A stretch of 52,154 bases of DNA, from contig RQSC01000619.1 of NCBI GenBank assembly GCA_013416795.1, forward strand, positions 9,824-61,977, read 5' to 3'. The notes beneath the pieces were generated by a model that saw nothing but the letters and a program-made list of their open reading frames with translations, did no database searches and was not told where the DNA came from. Origin of the DNA: Prasinococcaceae sp. CCMP 1430 (lineage: Eukaryota > Plantae > Prasinodermophyta). Shown one piece after another: positions 42,297-52,154 of this stretch. Made by a program: the position numbers and the translations under genes. Position 1 is the first letter of the stretch. Each line of letters opens with the position of its first letter.

Positions 42297-44076
42297 TCAC
42301 GCGCATGTGACGTACGACGCCTGCGTTTCCGAAAGCTTGAAGTGGGTGGTGTTCCACCCTGCCGCCACGAGCGCCTCCATGAGCTCGCTCGTGTGTTTGT
42401 CGGCGAAGAGTTTGCTCTACGGTCGTCGTGAGAGGGGTTGAGGCGGGCGAGACCGTACGTGCAGCGTCAGAGGCTTGTGACGCGCGAAACATCGGCAGAG
42501 CGGCGCGGCTTCGCTGCGAGTCGCGAGCGCACGTACCTCCTTCTGGAGCCTGCGCATATTATCCATCGCCGCCTCGTGTCCGCTCACGCGCTTGCCTGCC
42601 GCGTCCTGCTCGCCGAGCGCCCTGCGGAGGTGTGCCGCCTCCAGCACGCCGCGCAGTACGGCGTGCGCCGAGCTCACGGCGCCTTCCCCGAGCACGAGAG
42701 AGGCGGTGCGCTCGCCGGTGCGCGGGTCCACGTGCGCCACCAGCGCGCTCCCGCAGTCGCGCGCGTCCTCTGCCACCGCACGCAGCTCCGCCTCGAAGCG
42801 CATGTGCGCCACCGGCAGCGCGCCGACGCTCAGGCGCAGCACGCGCTCGCCGGGGCGCCGTCCGGGCATCACCGGTTCCACGAGCGCAACTTCGCGAGCT
42901 GTGGGTGCAGCCACGGGCACACTCGAGAGTTTGCGCTTGCCACCGCCACCACCGCCATCGCCACCGCCGCTCAGCCATCGCCACATGCGACCTGCGACGC
43001 ATCGCGCAGGGGCACGAGAGCGCGTCAGCGCGCGGGCAACGCGCTGGTGTGAGGCTGGGCCGCATCAAAGAATCGCCGCGCGCGCTTGTAGCTGGCAACG
43101 CACCTCCACTACCTCTATCGCCTCCTACCGCGCCTCGAGTGTGCGCGCCTCCCGCTGCACCGCCGCCGCCCGCGCCGCCCCCCCTGCGCAGCCACTCGTC
43201 CGCGGCGAGTTCGGCGCGCGTCACGTTGAGCGTGCGCAGCGCGACCGCGCGCAGCTCGTTGCGGATGCAGAACATGTCGAGACCGGCGAGCACGGGGTAT
43301 GCGGCGAAGGGCATCAGAGTGACCGCCGCCTTGGAGGGCGAGACGTGCGCCCACCACTTGCTCAGGCCCACCGCGAGCGCGAGGCCGACGTTGTCGGCCA
43401 CCACCTGCTGGGCCTGGTTCTTGGCGGAGACGTCAGCCATGTTCTCGGACATGGCGAACGAGCGGTGAATGGCCGGGGTGATGGACATTGACGTCGACAC
43501 GCCGATGGACTTGCCAATGTTGGCGACGGTCGCGAGCACGAGGAAGTGCTGCGGCACGAGCGCGGTCGTGAACTCGAGCGCGTGCGCCACGTTGTACACC
43601 ACGCTCGAGCTGAATCGGTACTGCTTGAGGTCCGCGTCGAACGACGAGCCCAGTCGTGTGGAGACCGCCAGCTTGCCCAGGCGGCCGAGGCCGTCCTTCA
43701 GCACCCAGTTCACGACCGCCGCCGCGGCCAGCCCGCGCTCGGCGCCGATGCCGATGGCGTACAGCATCTGCTGCGTGGCGAGCACGTTGAGCATGGAGCT
43801 CGCCACGCGCTGGCAGCAGCGCCAGCGCGCATACTCCCAGTAGTCGGAGGTCACGTTTGCCGGGAGGAAGGCGCGCTGCACCGCACGCCACGCGGCGGCG
43901 GCACCGCCGCCGTCCGCTCCCTCGGCGCCGCTCGAGGCTTCGCCCGCGGCGGAGCGCGCGGGCACGAGCCGTGCCCACGCTGCGCTCAGGCGCACGCCGG
44001 CGCATCAAGTGGCGCACCTTGTCTTCGTGCCGACGTCCGCCCCCGCGGCGGCCTCCGCCACCGCGGATGGGGCCAT
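42297..44076 (-). CDS. Root-UVB-sensitive (RUS/DUF647) family protein; several exons, start uncertain
   Basis: FLPANVTSDYWEYARWR, NWVLKDGLGRLGK, FDADLKQYR, FAMSENMADVSAK and ALRTLNVTR. The last exon 42416-42297 encodes LMEALVAAGWNTTHF. A candidate ATG at 44076 could not be joined in phase with confidence. Confidence 0.85.
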
Positions 44077-44670
44077 CCCACCCCACCCGCCGCGCGCGTC
44101 GCCGCGCGGGGGTGGGACCTGGGCAGAGACGGGCGGAGGGAGGGGAGGGGAGGCGTCGACCCCGGCGCGCGCGTGCGCGCTCTGGCCCCCTCAGCCGCCG
44201 CCCCCGCCAGCCGTCGCCGCAAGAAAAAGTTTTCCGCTGAATTTTTTACTGAAATTCTGTCATAAATAAAAACCGGCGCGCAGTCCAGGATACCATGATG
44301 GAATACAGTACTGTTCGGGGGATGGACGCGCGGGTTTTCACAGCATGAAGTCCTGGGGCGATGGCGCCGCCGAGAAGGCGGAGAGAGGGGCAAGGGTGGC
44401 GCGCGGCTGGGCGAGGGCGCGCCGTGGGTGGAGTGAGGGGGGGCTCGAGCGCCGGGCGGTAGCAGCAATAGCAGTAGCGGCAGCGGTAGCAGCCTGCCAG
44501 CCGCAGAGCCCCCACCACAGCGGGCTTGTAAGCAAGGCGTTGAATTCTTACTACTGTCCGTCCGTCCTCTGTCAATGGTGGCGGAGCCTAGCTGGTGTCG
44601 CCGGCTCGCGTTGACCTACCAGCTCAGTCGGCTTGAATGCTACAGCCCCCCCGCGGCTGGGCGTAAAGGC

Positions 44671-46083
44671 TCAGGGCTCACTCGCTCTTTGCGGCGGTCG
44701 AGATGGCGCATCTGTGGGCACCGCCCAGCCCAGCGGCGCCTTGGTGGGCGCCGGCGCCTTTGTCGGTGACCCGTTCGCGCGCGGCGCCTTAGTTGGCACC
44801 TCGCCCTCGCAGGCGCCACACTCGGTGCAGGCGTTCGCGCAGCAGTCCCCAAACTTGACGCAGCTCTTGTCGCAGTGGCAGCCAGACGCCAGCGGCACGC
44901 CAGCGCCGCAGCTGCTTCGCTCGCATTGGTACATCCCAAACAGCGAAGTCATGGGAGACTTGGAGGGCGAGTCCGTTGGGGAGGGCGTGGGCCTGCGCGT
45001 GGGGCGCATGGTGGGCGATTTCGTCGGTGTTGGCGTGGGCCTGGGCGTGGGCCTCGTGGTAGGCGATTTCGTCGGAGAGGGCGAGGGCCTGCGACTGGGC
45101 GAGGGCGTTGGGGCGATGGGTTCTGGCGACCGCAACGCCGCCGTCGGTGCCTCGATTGGCGCGCGCGTCGGGGTGGGCTGCGGCGTGGTGGCGGCGACTT
45201 CCTGCTGCCCGTTCTCGGGAGGCGGCACGCTGCTGCCATTACCCATGGTGGGGTCGCACTGCTGCGAGGCGATCGCACCGCCCTGCGCATCGGCGGCGAA
45301 GAGCATGATGCCATGGGGATCGTATGCGCACGCGTAGGGAGGCGCGGCGCCCTCGAAGCGGAAGCTCGTCCAGAGCTCGTACTCGCGTTTGCTGCCATTG
45401 ATAGGCTCCCCGGCGCCGGCCGCTTTTATTGTAACTGATGAGCTCCCGTTCTTGCCCTCGGCGGCGTCCGCGCCGCCGCCGCTGCCCGTCGGCGGGATCG
45501 CCACGTTCGCGGGGTTGGCAAAGGCAAAGTTGGCCTCGCCAAATACCTGCGCAACGTAGCCGGCCTCCTCGAGCACGCCGCCGCTGGCGCCCAGCGGCTG
45601 CAGCTCGCCACCCATGCAATCGGTGAGCCGGCCGCTCAATGCTGCCACCGGATTGTACGACGACACGAACAGGTCGAGTAGCTGCGTCGACGAGGGAACC
45701 GACACCTTCTCCTGCTGCTGCGTGCCCGACGAGAGAGTGCTGCTGCTGCTGCTGTTGGTAGAATTTGTGCCGTTTGCGCTGCCTCCTGCAGCTCCGAGCC
45801 CCTCGACGGCCCGCGGCGCGAGGTAGTATGCGACGCGAGCGAACGTAGAGTTGCATCCCGGATAGGCCTCTATGACTGGGTGCGTGCCACCGACGGTGCC
45901 GGGCTGTGATGTGTTCCCACCCAGCTCTGCAGCCGCGCCCACCGCTGCGCCGGCTACGGCGATCTCCGCGAGCAGCGCGAGCGCGCTGACCAACGCCTCT
46001 GCTGCGGCCGCCGCATCGCCAGGCCCCGGACGCGCCGTGCGCGCCACGCAGCGACATCCTCGTCCGCCGCCGCGCGTCAGCAA
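44671..46083 (-). CDS. Secreted/surface Pro-Thr-Ser-rich protein with a somatomedin-B-like Cys domain; start unresolved
   Basis: Hydrophobic ALVSALALLAEIAVAGAAVGAAA, many N-glycosylation sequons, PTPSP/PTKSP stalk, and CERSSC...CHCDKSCVKFGDCC. The ORF begins at a TTG and I could not place an ATG. Confidence 0.65.
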   Translation of the reverse strand: MLTRGGGRGCRCVARTARPGPGDAAAAAEALVSALALLAEIAVAGAAVGAAAELGGNTSQPGTVGGTHPVIEAYPGCNSTFARVAYYLAPRAVEGLGAAGGSANGTNSTNSSSSSTLSSGTQQQEKVSVPSSTQLLDLFVSSYNPVAALSGRLTDCMGGELQPLGASGGVLEEAGYVAQVFGEANFAFANPANVAIPPTGSGGGADAAEGKNGSSSVTIKAAGAGEPINGSKREYELWTSFRFEGAAPPYACAYDPHGIMLFAADAQGGAIASQQCDPTMGNGSSVPPPENGQQEVAATTPQPTPTRAPIEAPTAALRSPEPIAPTPSPSRRPSPSPTKSPTTRPTPRPTPTPTKSPTMRPTRRPTPSPTDSPSKSPMTSLFGMYQCERSSCGAGVPLASGCHCDKSCVKFGDCCANACTECGACEGEVPTKAPRANGSPTKAPAPTKAPLGWAVPTDAPSRPPQRASEP

Positions 46084-46765
46084 AGGCCAGGCGGCGGGCG
46101 GGCTAGCGAGGCGGGCGGGTGGGCGCAGGGCGCGCGCCGTCTGGCCACCCGTCGCTCGCCACCACTCCTCCTTGCTGCACCCAGCGGCTCAGTGGTGACA
46201 GCACACCCTGAGGTCGAAAGCGGGTGACAGAGGGCATGCACACATCATGACACACGCGGCGAAGAAGGCTCAGGTTGTCATAGGAGGGCGCGCCCTGCGT
46301 GCTGCGCGCTGCTGGTGAGGCGGCGCGCGGGCCATGTGAGGCGGCGTGCGTGCCACCTGTCCACACCTGAGCCGCCCGTAGCCCGGCGGTTAGCTGACGG
46401 CACGCCCGCCGGCGCTGCCGCAGTCAACGTTAGGGATCTCCCGTGGGATTTAATAAACTAAACATTAGATTAAGATCGAACTCGTTGACCAGCTGGCCCG
46501 TTGACCCGAAGTGACCTTCGGCGCGGGAATTTTTTCGTCATTTCTGACATTTCGATGCGGGGCGCCTCGGAGATGCGATTTGATGGGGCGATCGAAAGTT
46601 TGGAATCCCGAGGGTGGCGGGGTGACATTGCATACGCGTAGCTGCGCTGCGACACGCCCAGCATTACGCCCTAGCGCCATATCAAAACGCATTGAAATTG
46701 CCGCACGTGTAAATTCTGAACCCTGACCCAAAACTTCTCGACCCCAAACTCCCAGGATAGCGACT

Positions 46766-47204
46766 GTGCTTCCTCGCGGCCGTCGCCGAGGGCGTGGGCT
46801 GCTCGCGCCGCCCGTTGAGCTGCCCGCCGAGTACCTCAAGAAGTACCCTCACTCCAACAGAGGCATCCTGTGCTCCCAGTGCAGGAAGAAGGGCGACTAC
46901 CACCAAAGTATGGACGGAAATGTGTTCACCGATTGTTGCAAGGTGGTGTTGCTGCCGGCGCCCGCGGAGCTCGGCGGCATGGCCGCCCGCGGGCGCGCCG
47001 CGCGAGGACGGGCGCTGCGAGCTGACCATGGAGGACGGCTCGAGGGCCGTCGTGCTCGGCGAGCGCCTAGAGATCACCCAAGACATCGTGGAAGCGCTGC
47101 TGTGGGTGGCGAGCGAGGGCGAACTATGTTCTCATTGCGGTGGCGCTGCGCCTTGGCGAGAGCCGCCCGCGCGCCCTCAGCGCATCGTTGCCGGTCTGCC
47201 TTGA
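46766..47204 (+). pseudogene. Apparently frameshifted Cys-rich ORF relic (CSQC...CC and CSHC motifs)
   Basis: Frame 46766 reads ...LCSQCRKKGDY...DCCKVVLLPAPAELGG. Frame 46794 continues WPPAGAPREDGRCELTMEDG...LCSHCGG. A 1-nt shift near 46978 would join them. Family not recognised. Confidence 0.3.
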
Positions 47205-47613
47205 CCGCCGCTTGCGTTCCTGTCATTGTTGACAACGTCGCTTGCAGGTCGTCGCGGCGGCGGCGGCGGGAGAGTCAGCTGATGGGATCGAACGCATATC
47301 GCTGATTAGCAGTGATGCACAAATTAGCCTCGTCATGAAATTGTCTTTCTCTTTTTCGTCGCCAGAGCGCGGGCGGTGCCGCAGCGGTCAGGACATGCCG
47401 TGGTACGAGGCGCTGACGGCGGCCCAGACCATGGTCCGGGCCGCCGCCACGCTGGACAACGAAATTACACACCTGGCCCCCGCCACCGATTCCGCCGCCA
47501 CCAACCCCGCCGCCTCCGACCCCGCCGCCTCCGACCCCGCCGCCGCCGACCCCGCCGTACGATGACCGCTGCTTGCGTTCTTGCCATTGCTGACAACATC
47601 GCTTGCAGGTCGT
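47202..47613 (+). repeat. 51-nt imperfect direct repeat pair (47202-47252 and 47563-47613) enclosing about four 15-nt GACCCCGCCGCCTCC units
   Basis: 46 of 51 positions are identical and all five differences are transitions. Each copy ends in a branch-point-like (G/C)TGAC and TTGCAG|GTCGT. Confidence 0.85.
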
Positions 47614-48036
47614 TCACAGATGCTTGCGTGTCGCCGAGTTGCCCGGCGTTGTCCCGTACGTCATGGCACAACAGGTCGTATGTCGATTCCGTCCGCGAGG
47701 AGCCTTCGCCCCCACGCGCGCCGCGACACCGCCCTTCCCTCGCGAACCGCAGCCCCGCGAGTGCGTTCCGACCTCTCGTCCGCCGTACGCTCTCCGCGAA
47801 ATCGGAAATCCGAAGAAATCCCGGGAGCGGGGCAAAAGGCACCTCGCGCCGCCACATCAGCGGCGGGTGGGTGCGCCGATGCGCGCGCGCGCGCTCCCCC
47901 CCCCAGCGGCGCTCTTGCGATGCGCGTGACGGGGTGGCGCCACTCCGCCGGTACGTGGCATCACACGGCGCCAACCCCCCCCGCGAGGGGCGGAATCGCG
48001 CTTAGTTCCATATGGAGATGGGCGAGAGGGCCATTC

Positions 48037-50139
48037 ATGCGCGCGTACCAGTTGCTGTCGGCGTCGTGCGTGGCGCAGCTCGCGGAGGCGCACACGGGCG
48101 GCTCGGCGTACTTCAGGCTGCAGAGCACGGCGCGCGCGTTGGCGCGCCCTGAGAGGGGCAGCAACGGCGGCGACGGCCCTGGCGGCGACGGCGACGATGA
48201 GCGAGCGCGCGTTCGGGACGCCATGGCCATCGTGCGCGCGTTGCGCGCGCCGCGCGCGAGGCTGCACTGGAACCGCCCCGCCGCGCGCGCGCTCGCCTCC
48301 TCGGGGCCTACGAGGCGCCTCTTCGCGCGCTCGGGGCACTCGGCCACCCTCGTCGAGGAGCACGGGCTCGTGGTCGTGGCGGGCGGGCTCATGGACCACG
48401 CCATCCGCGGCCCCGGGGGGGAGGAGCTGTCTGTGCTAGTGGTGCACCTTGGCGAGCTGCGCGTGGCGTCGCCGCGCGTCGCGGGGGGCGCCCCACCGGT
48501 GGCCCGCTTCCGCCACGGCGCTGCGCGCGCGCCGACGGGCGCTCTGCACGACGACACGCTCGCAGAGCTGGGTCTGACGCGCGCGCGCGCTGCCGAGGGC
48601 GCGCTCGTGGTCTTGCACGGGGGCTACGATGGCGACGGCATGTGTTTCGACGACGTCCTGTGCCTTTGGACGAGCCCCGCAGGCGACGAGGTGCGCTGGG
48701 CCAAGCTCCGCTGCGACGGCGACGCGCCGCCGCCGCTCTATCACCACACCCTCACGGCGCTTCGCACGCGCCCAGAGCGGCTGGTCGTGATTGGAGGCGA
48801 GACACGAGACGAATACGCCGACGCGAGGTTCGTGTACATCCTCGATGTCGCAGCGCAGAAATGGGAGAAGCTGGCCACGCGCGTCGATCTGCGCGAGCGT
48901 AGTAGCGGAGACGTGCCCGCCTCCGCGCTAGGCTCCGCCCGCTGGTTGCACTGCGCCCACCTGGCGCCGCCGAGAAGCGGCTCGATGGCTGACTTCGACG
49001 CCGATTCCGGTGCGGACTCGGACGCGGACTCGGATTCGGGCGCGGGCGCGGGCTCGGGGACGGGCGTGTGGCCACTCCTGCCTTCTTTCTTTCGTCGGGC
49101 TCGGGCCCAGGAAGGTGCTCGGACGGAGGGAGAATCTGCCGCCGCCAAAGCATCCGCGCCTTGCGCGGAGGCGGACGAGGACGTGATTGTCATCGTCGGT
49201 GGCTACCACCGCGTTGGTCGGCGCACTCGGCTTGCGCCCATGGTGCCGCTCGCGCTGCACGTTGGCTCGTGCGTGTGGCGCCTGCCCGAGCGCGCGGAGA
49301 CGGACGCCAACACGCCGCCGCCGCGGCATCGCTTCGCCACGATGCCCATTCTGGGCCAGCGCGGGCTGCTGGTGCACGGCGGCTGCGGGGATCACTCCAC
49401 CCCCTTGTGGCTCTCGGACGCGCACGTGCTCGACCTGCGGACTCTGCGCTGGCGGCCGGCGCCCACTGTCGAAGGTCGGCCGCTCTCGTATCCGCGCGTG
49501 GCGGGCCACACGCTGGTCGGGGGCGTGGCTTTCGCGGTGCGTGCGCGCGCGCGCCGCCGCCACGTCACGACTCGCGTGCAGATGCCACGATGCTAACCAA
49601 GTTTGCACGCGCGTGCGCCGCGCGCGCGCGCGCAGGGGTGCGACCGCACGATGCTCGGCATCCGACCCGTGGCCAAGTGTGACGTGCTGCTCGTCGGTGA
49701 GGCCCCTGGGGGCGGCGCCGAGGCGGTGGAGACCGACGACGACGGCCAGGAGGTCGCCGATGCAGGCGCGCTTGCGGGCGCCGTCGGCGATGACGCGGAC
49801 CAGTACGGCATCGATGCGCTGCCGCCGCACCTGCTCGCGCAAGCCCAGGCGATTGCAGCCACGCACGGCCTGGGAGAGCCTCTGGGCACCGTTGTCCAGC
49901 AGGGCCAAGCGGTGCTGGTGTTCGCGGACCCGGAAGGGCCAGACAACGGCGTCGTCGGCATCGTGATTCAACAGCAGCCGGGCGACGCGGGAGGCGACGA
50001 TAACGCAAGCAGTAGCGACGACGAGGATGTCGCGAGTGCGGACGATGACGACGATGCGGAGGAGACTGATGGCGACGACAGCGATGGGGCCACGGAAGAC
50101 AGCATGGAGTGCGACGCCGAGAGCGACGACGACCAGTGA
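48037..50139 (+). CDS. Kelch-repeat beta-propeller protein with possible degenerate N-terminal F-box and acidic tail; 2 exons
   Basis: Exons 48037-49536 and 49636-50139. Motifs RSGHSATLV...VVAGG, VVLHGGYDGDG, PPPLYHHTLT...LVVIGGE, VIVIVGGY, LLVHGGCG...DAHVLDLRTLRWR. TGTAA at 50160-50164. Confidence 0.75.
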
Positions 50140-50201
50140 CTTGCACTGGACTGTACAACTGTAAATTACGGGCGCCCGCCCTCGGCCAAGGAGCACGGCG
50201 C

Positions 50202-52154
50202 CTACAGATAGCGCAGCGACACGGAGCCGTCCTCGTGCCCCGCCAGCACTGCACTGTGGTCCTCGCAGAGCGCCAGCGCCGTGACGGCAACAGCCGGCGG
50301 ACCTGCGGTCGCGCGCGAGTGCGAGAGGCTCGAGCGGCGCGGAGGCTGCCAGCGCTGCGAGGGCCACGACACCACAGGCGGCTCCTCGACGCCTGCGCGC
50401 ACGCGAGGCGCGCGGTGTTCGAGCGCGCGTCAGCACACCTGATTGCGCCGACGCGCGCGACACCTCACGCGCACGCTCAGCACGCACCTTCGGGCACGCT
50501 CAGGCCGCCGTCAATTGCGAAGGCGTGCACGTAGCCGCTCGCGTCCCCGGACAACACCATCGACCCGTCTCTGGCCGTCTCCGCGCGCGCGGTGGTGCAG
50601 TGGGAGCCGAAGGAGCCGAACGCACGCAGGCCCTTGACGCCGCTGGCGCACCCTGCGTCCCACAGACGGTGCGAGCCGAACGCGTCCGAGGTGAGGACGT
50701 GTGTCGTGTGGCCGCAGAACGCCGCGCCGCAGATGCGTGGCGAGTCGCCCATGTAGTGCGGCAGGAAGGGCGACTCGTACCTGCGCATCTCGCGATTCCA
50801 CACGGCTGGGCGCTTGCGCCTTCGCGCGCGCGTGCGCGAACGCGGGAGGCACGGTGAGCGTCGGGGCGTCAGTCGCGTGGGGGCGCGCACACGCTGGTTC
50901 GGGGGAGACGCGCGGCGCAGCAGGGCGTCTTTCTGCCTCGGTCGCGCACGCACCCAGCTCGCGTGGCATGCCCGCCGCCGTCCTCGCCCGCGCCGGCCGC
51001 CCCGACTGCAGTGAATGCGCGAACGAGCGCGGCGCCCCCGCGCAGCTCGTCCGCTGTTGGCGCGGGAGGAGCTCGCGGTGTTTTTGGCGAGCCCCAGCCG
51101 CCGGACAGCCACGAGAGGCCCTCGTCGTCGGCAGGCGCCGACGCCGGCCGCGGTGGCGACGCCACTGCCATGCCAGGGGCGCGCCGCCCGCTCTCGGCCA
51201 CCTGCGTCGCTGCGCCGCTCGCCATCGCGCCGCCGTCCGTTCGCAGCACGCTCGCAGGACCCGCACCCACGTTGCGCAGGTCCCAGAGGTGCACCTCGGT
51301 GGCGTCGGCAACCATGAGAATCTGATCGCTGCCTGGCGCGAAGCGCACGCTCGTCACCGCCAGCGGCGACGACCACAAGCGCCAACGACCACGTGGGCGT
51401 CGCGGCGAGCCCGCGCCGCACACCTCGCGCGTTTCGGCCAGGAGGGTGGAAATGATGGGGCTGCCCGCGCGTTCGCCGGCGCGCACGTCGAAGACGCACG
51501 CCGCGCGGCCTGCCGCGGTCGCGAGGAGGCCCACCCCGTCGCTCACGCACGCGTCGCGCACGAAGGCCGTGTCCGGGGCGTACACACCCTCGTGCGACGT
51601 CGGCGCGGGGGGCATGTGCCCGGGTCTCTCGTCGCACTGCGCGAGCATCGCGGGCAGCGCCTCCTCGACGGAGAGGCTGCGCCTCGACGCGCGCGCCGCC
51701 GCGCGGCGCGTGCTTGCAAAGAGGCGCTCGGCGTCCCACAGTCGCGCGCCGCCTTCGGAGGCAGCAGTGAGCAGCCTCGCGCCGGCGCGAACGACCGCGA
51801 GACGGCGCAGGCCGCTGCGCGCGACCCGCGCCACACCGAGCGCGTGCAGGTGCTGTCGCGCTGCGCAATAGCCCACGTGCCGGCTCGCGTCGCTTCCCCC
51901 ACCGCGCGTGCCCTCCTCCTCACCATCATCCGACGCCTCGGAGTCCGCGTCGTCCGAGTCTGCCGGCGGCGCGGCGGCGTCGGCGCCGAGCCCCCACAGC
52001 GTCAGCTCGCCGTCGCCGTCGCCGGTGCAGAACGCGGGTGCGGTCGCCGCGCCCGCCCCTCCCGCGCCGAGTACGCCGAGCGCCGCGGCGTCCACCACGG
52101 GGCACCACTCGCCGCCCCCCGCCGCGCGTGGCGCCGCATCGCCGCCCAGGCCCT
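50202..52154 (-). CDS. WD40-repeat protein; multi-exon, 5' end beyond the window
   Basis: FCTGDGDGELTLWG, LLTAASEGGARLWD, VTSVRFAP...DATEVHLWDLR, VLTSDAFGSHRLWD, VLSGDASGYVHAF and VLAGHEDGSVSL, spread over three frames. Exact splice sites are not resolved. Confidence 0.75.

Noticed and set aside
44221-44350. AT-rich hairpin GAATTT...AAATTC as U5 snRNA or tRNA
   Set aside because: Lacks the U5 GCCUUUUAC loop, an Sm-site context and tRNA boxes; probably the RUS promoter region.
1414-46440. Telomere-like TTAGGG/CCCTAA words (about 1418, 7235, 25390, 46430)
   Set aside because: Isolated single units, no array.
16184-49635. Introner-type repeated introns
   Set aside because: The introns I resolved share only GT(A/G)CG donors and CTRAC branch points, with no extended similarity.

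Overview
GC-rich, gene-dense eukaryotic nuclear DNA, not prokaryotic. The evidence is short GT-AG introns with CTRAC branch points, plant-type SEC8, VPS36, ATG7 and RUS genes, and TGTAA signals behind several stop codons. The source is most likely a green microalga (inference; the species cannot be fixed from sequence alone). About 21 protein-coding genes lie mostly in alternating head-to-head and tail-to-tail pairs, with four assembly gaps that all fall at gene 5' ends. I found no rRNA, tRNA, CRISPR array or intact transposon. Main highlights: (1) an intron-containing, secreted-type homolog of the bacterial nickel-binding protein NikA that is circularly permuted; (2) one uninterrupted ORF fusing a GCR1/cAMP-receptor-like 7TM domain to an 11-TM amino-acid transporter; (3) a nuclear-encoded SAP-NusA fusion next to a gene carrying a copy of the same SAP module; (4) a trypsin-fold protein missing all three catalytic residues; (5) an AlkB-type alkane monooxygenase. 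All family assignments are motif recognition and alignment by eye; no database searches were run.
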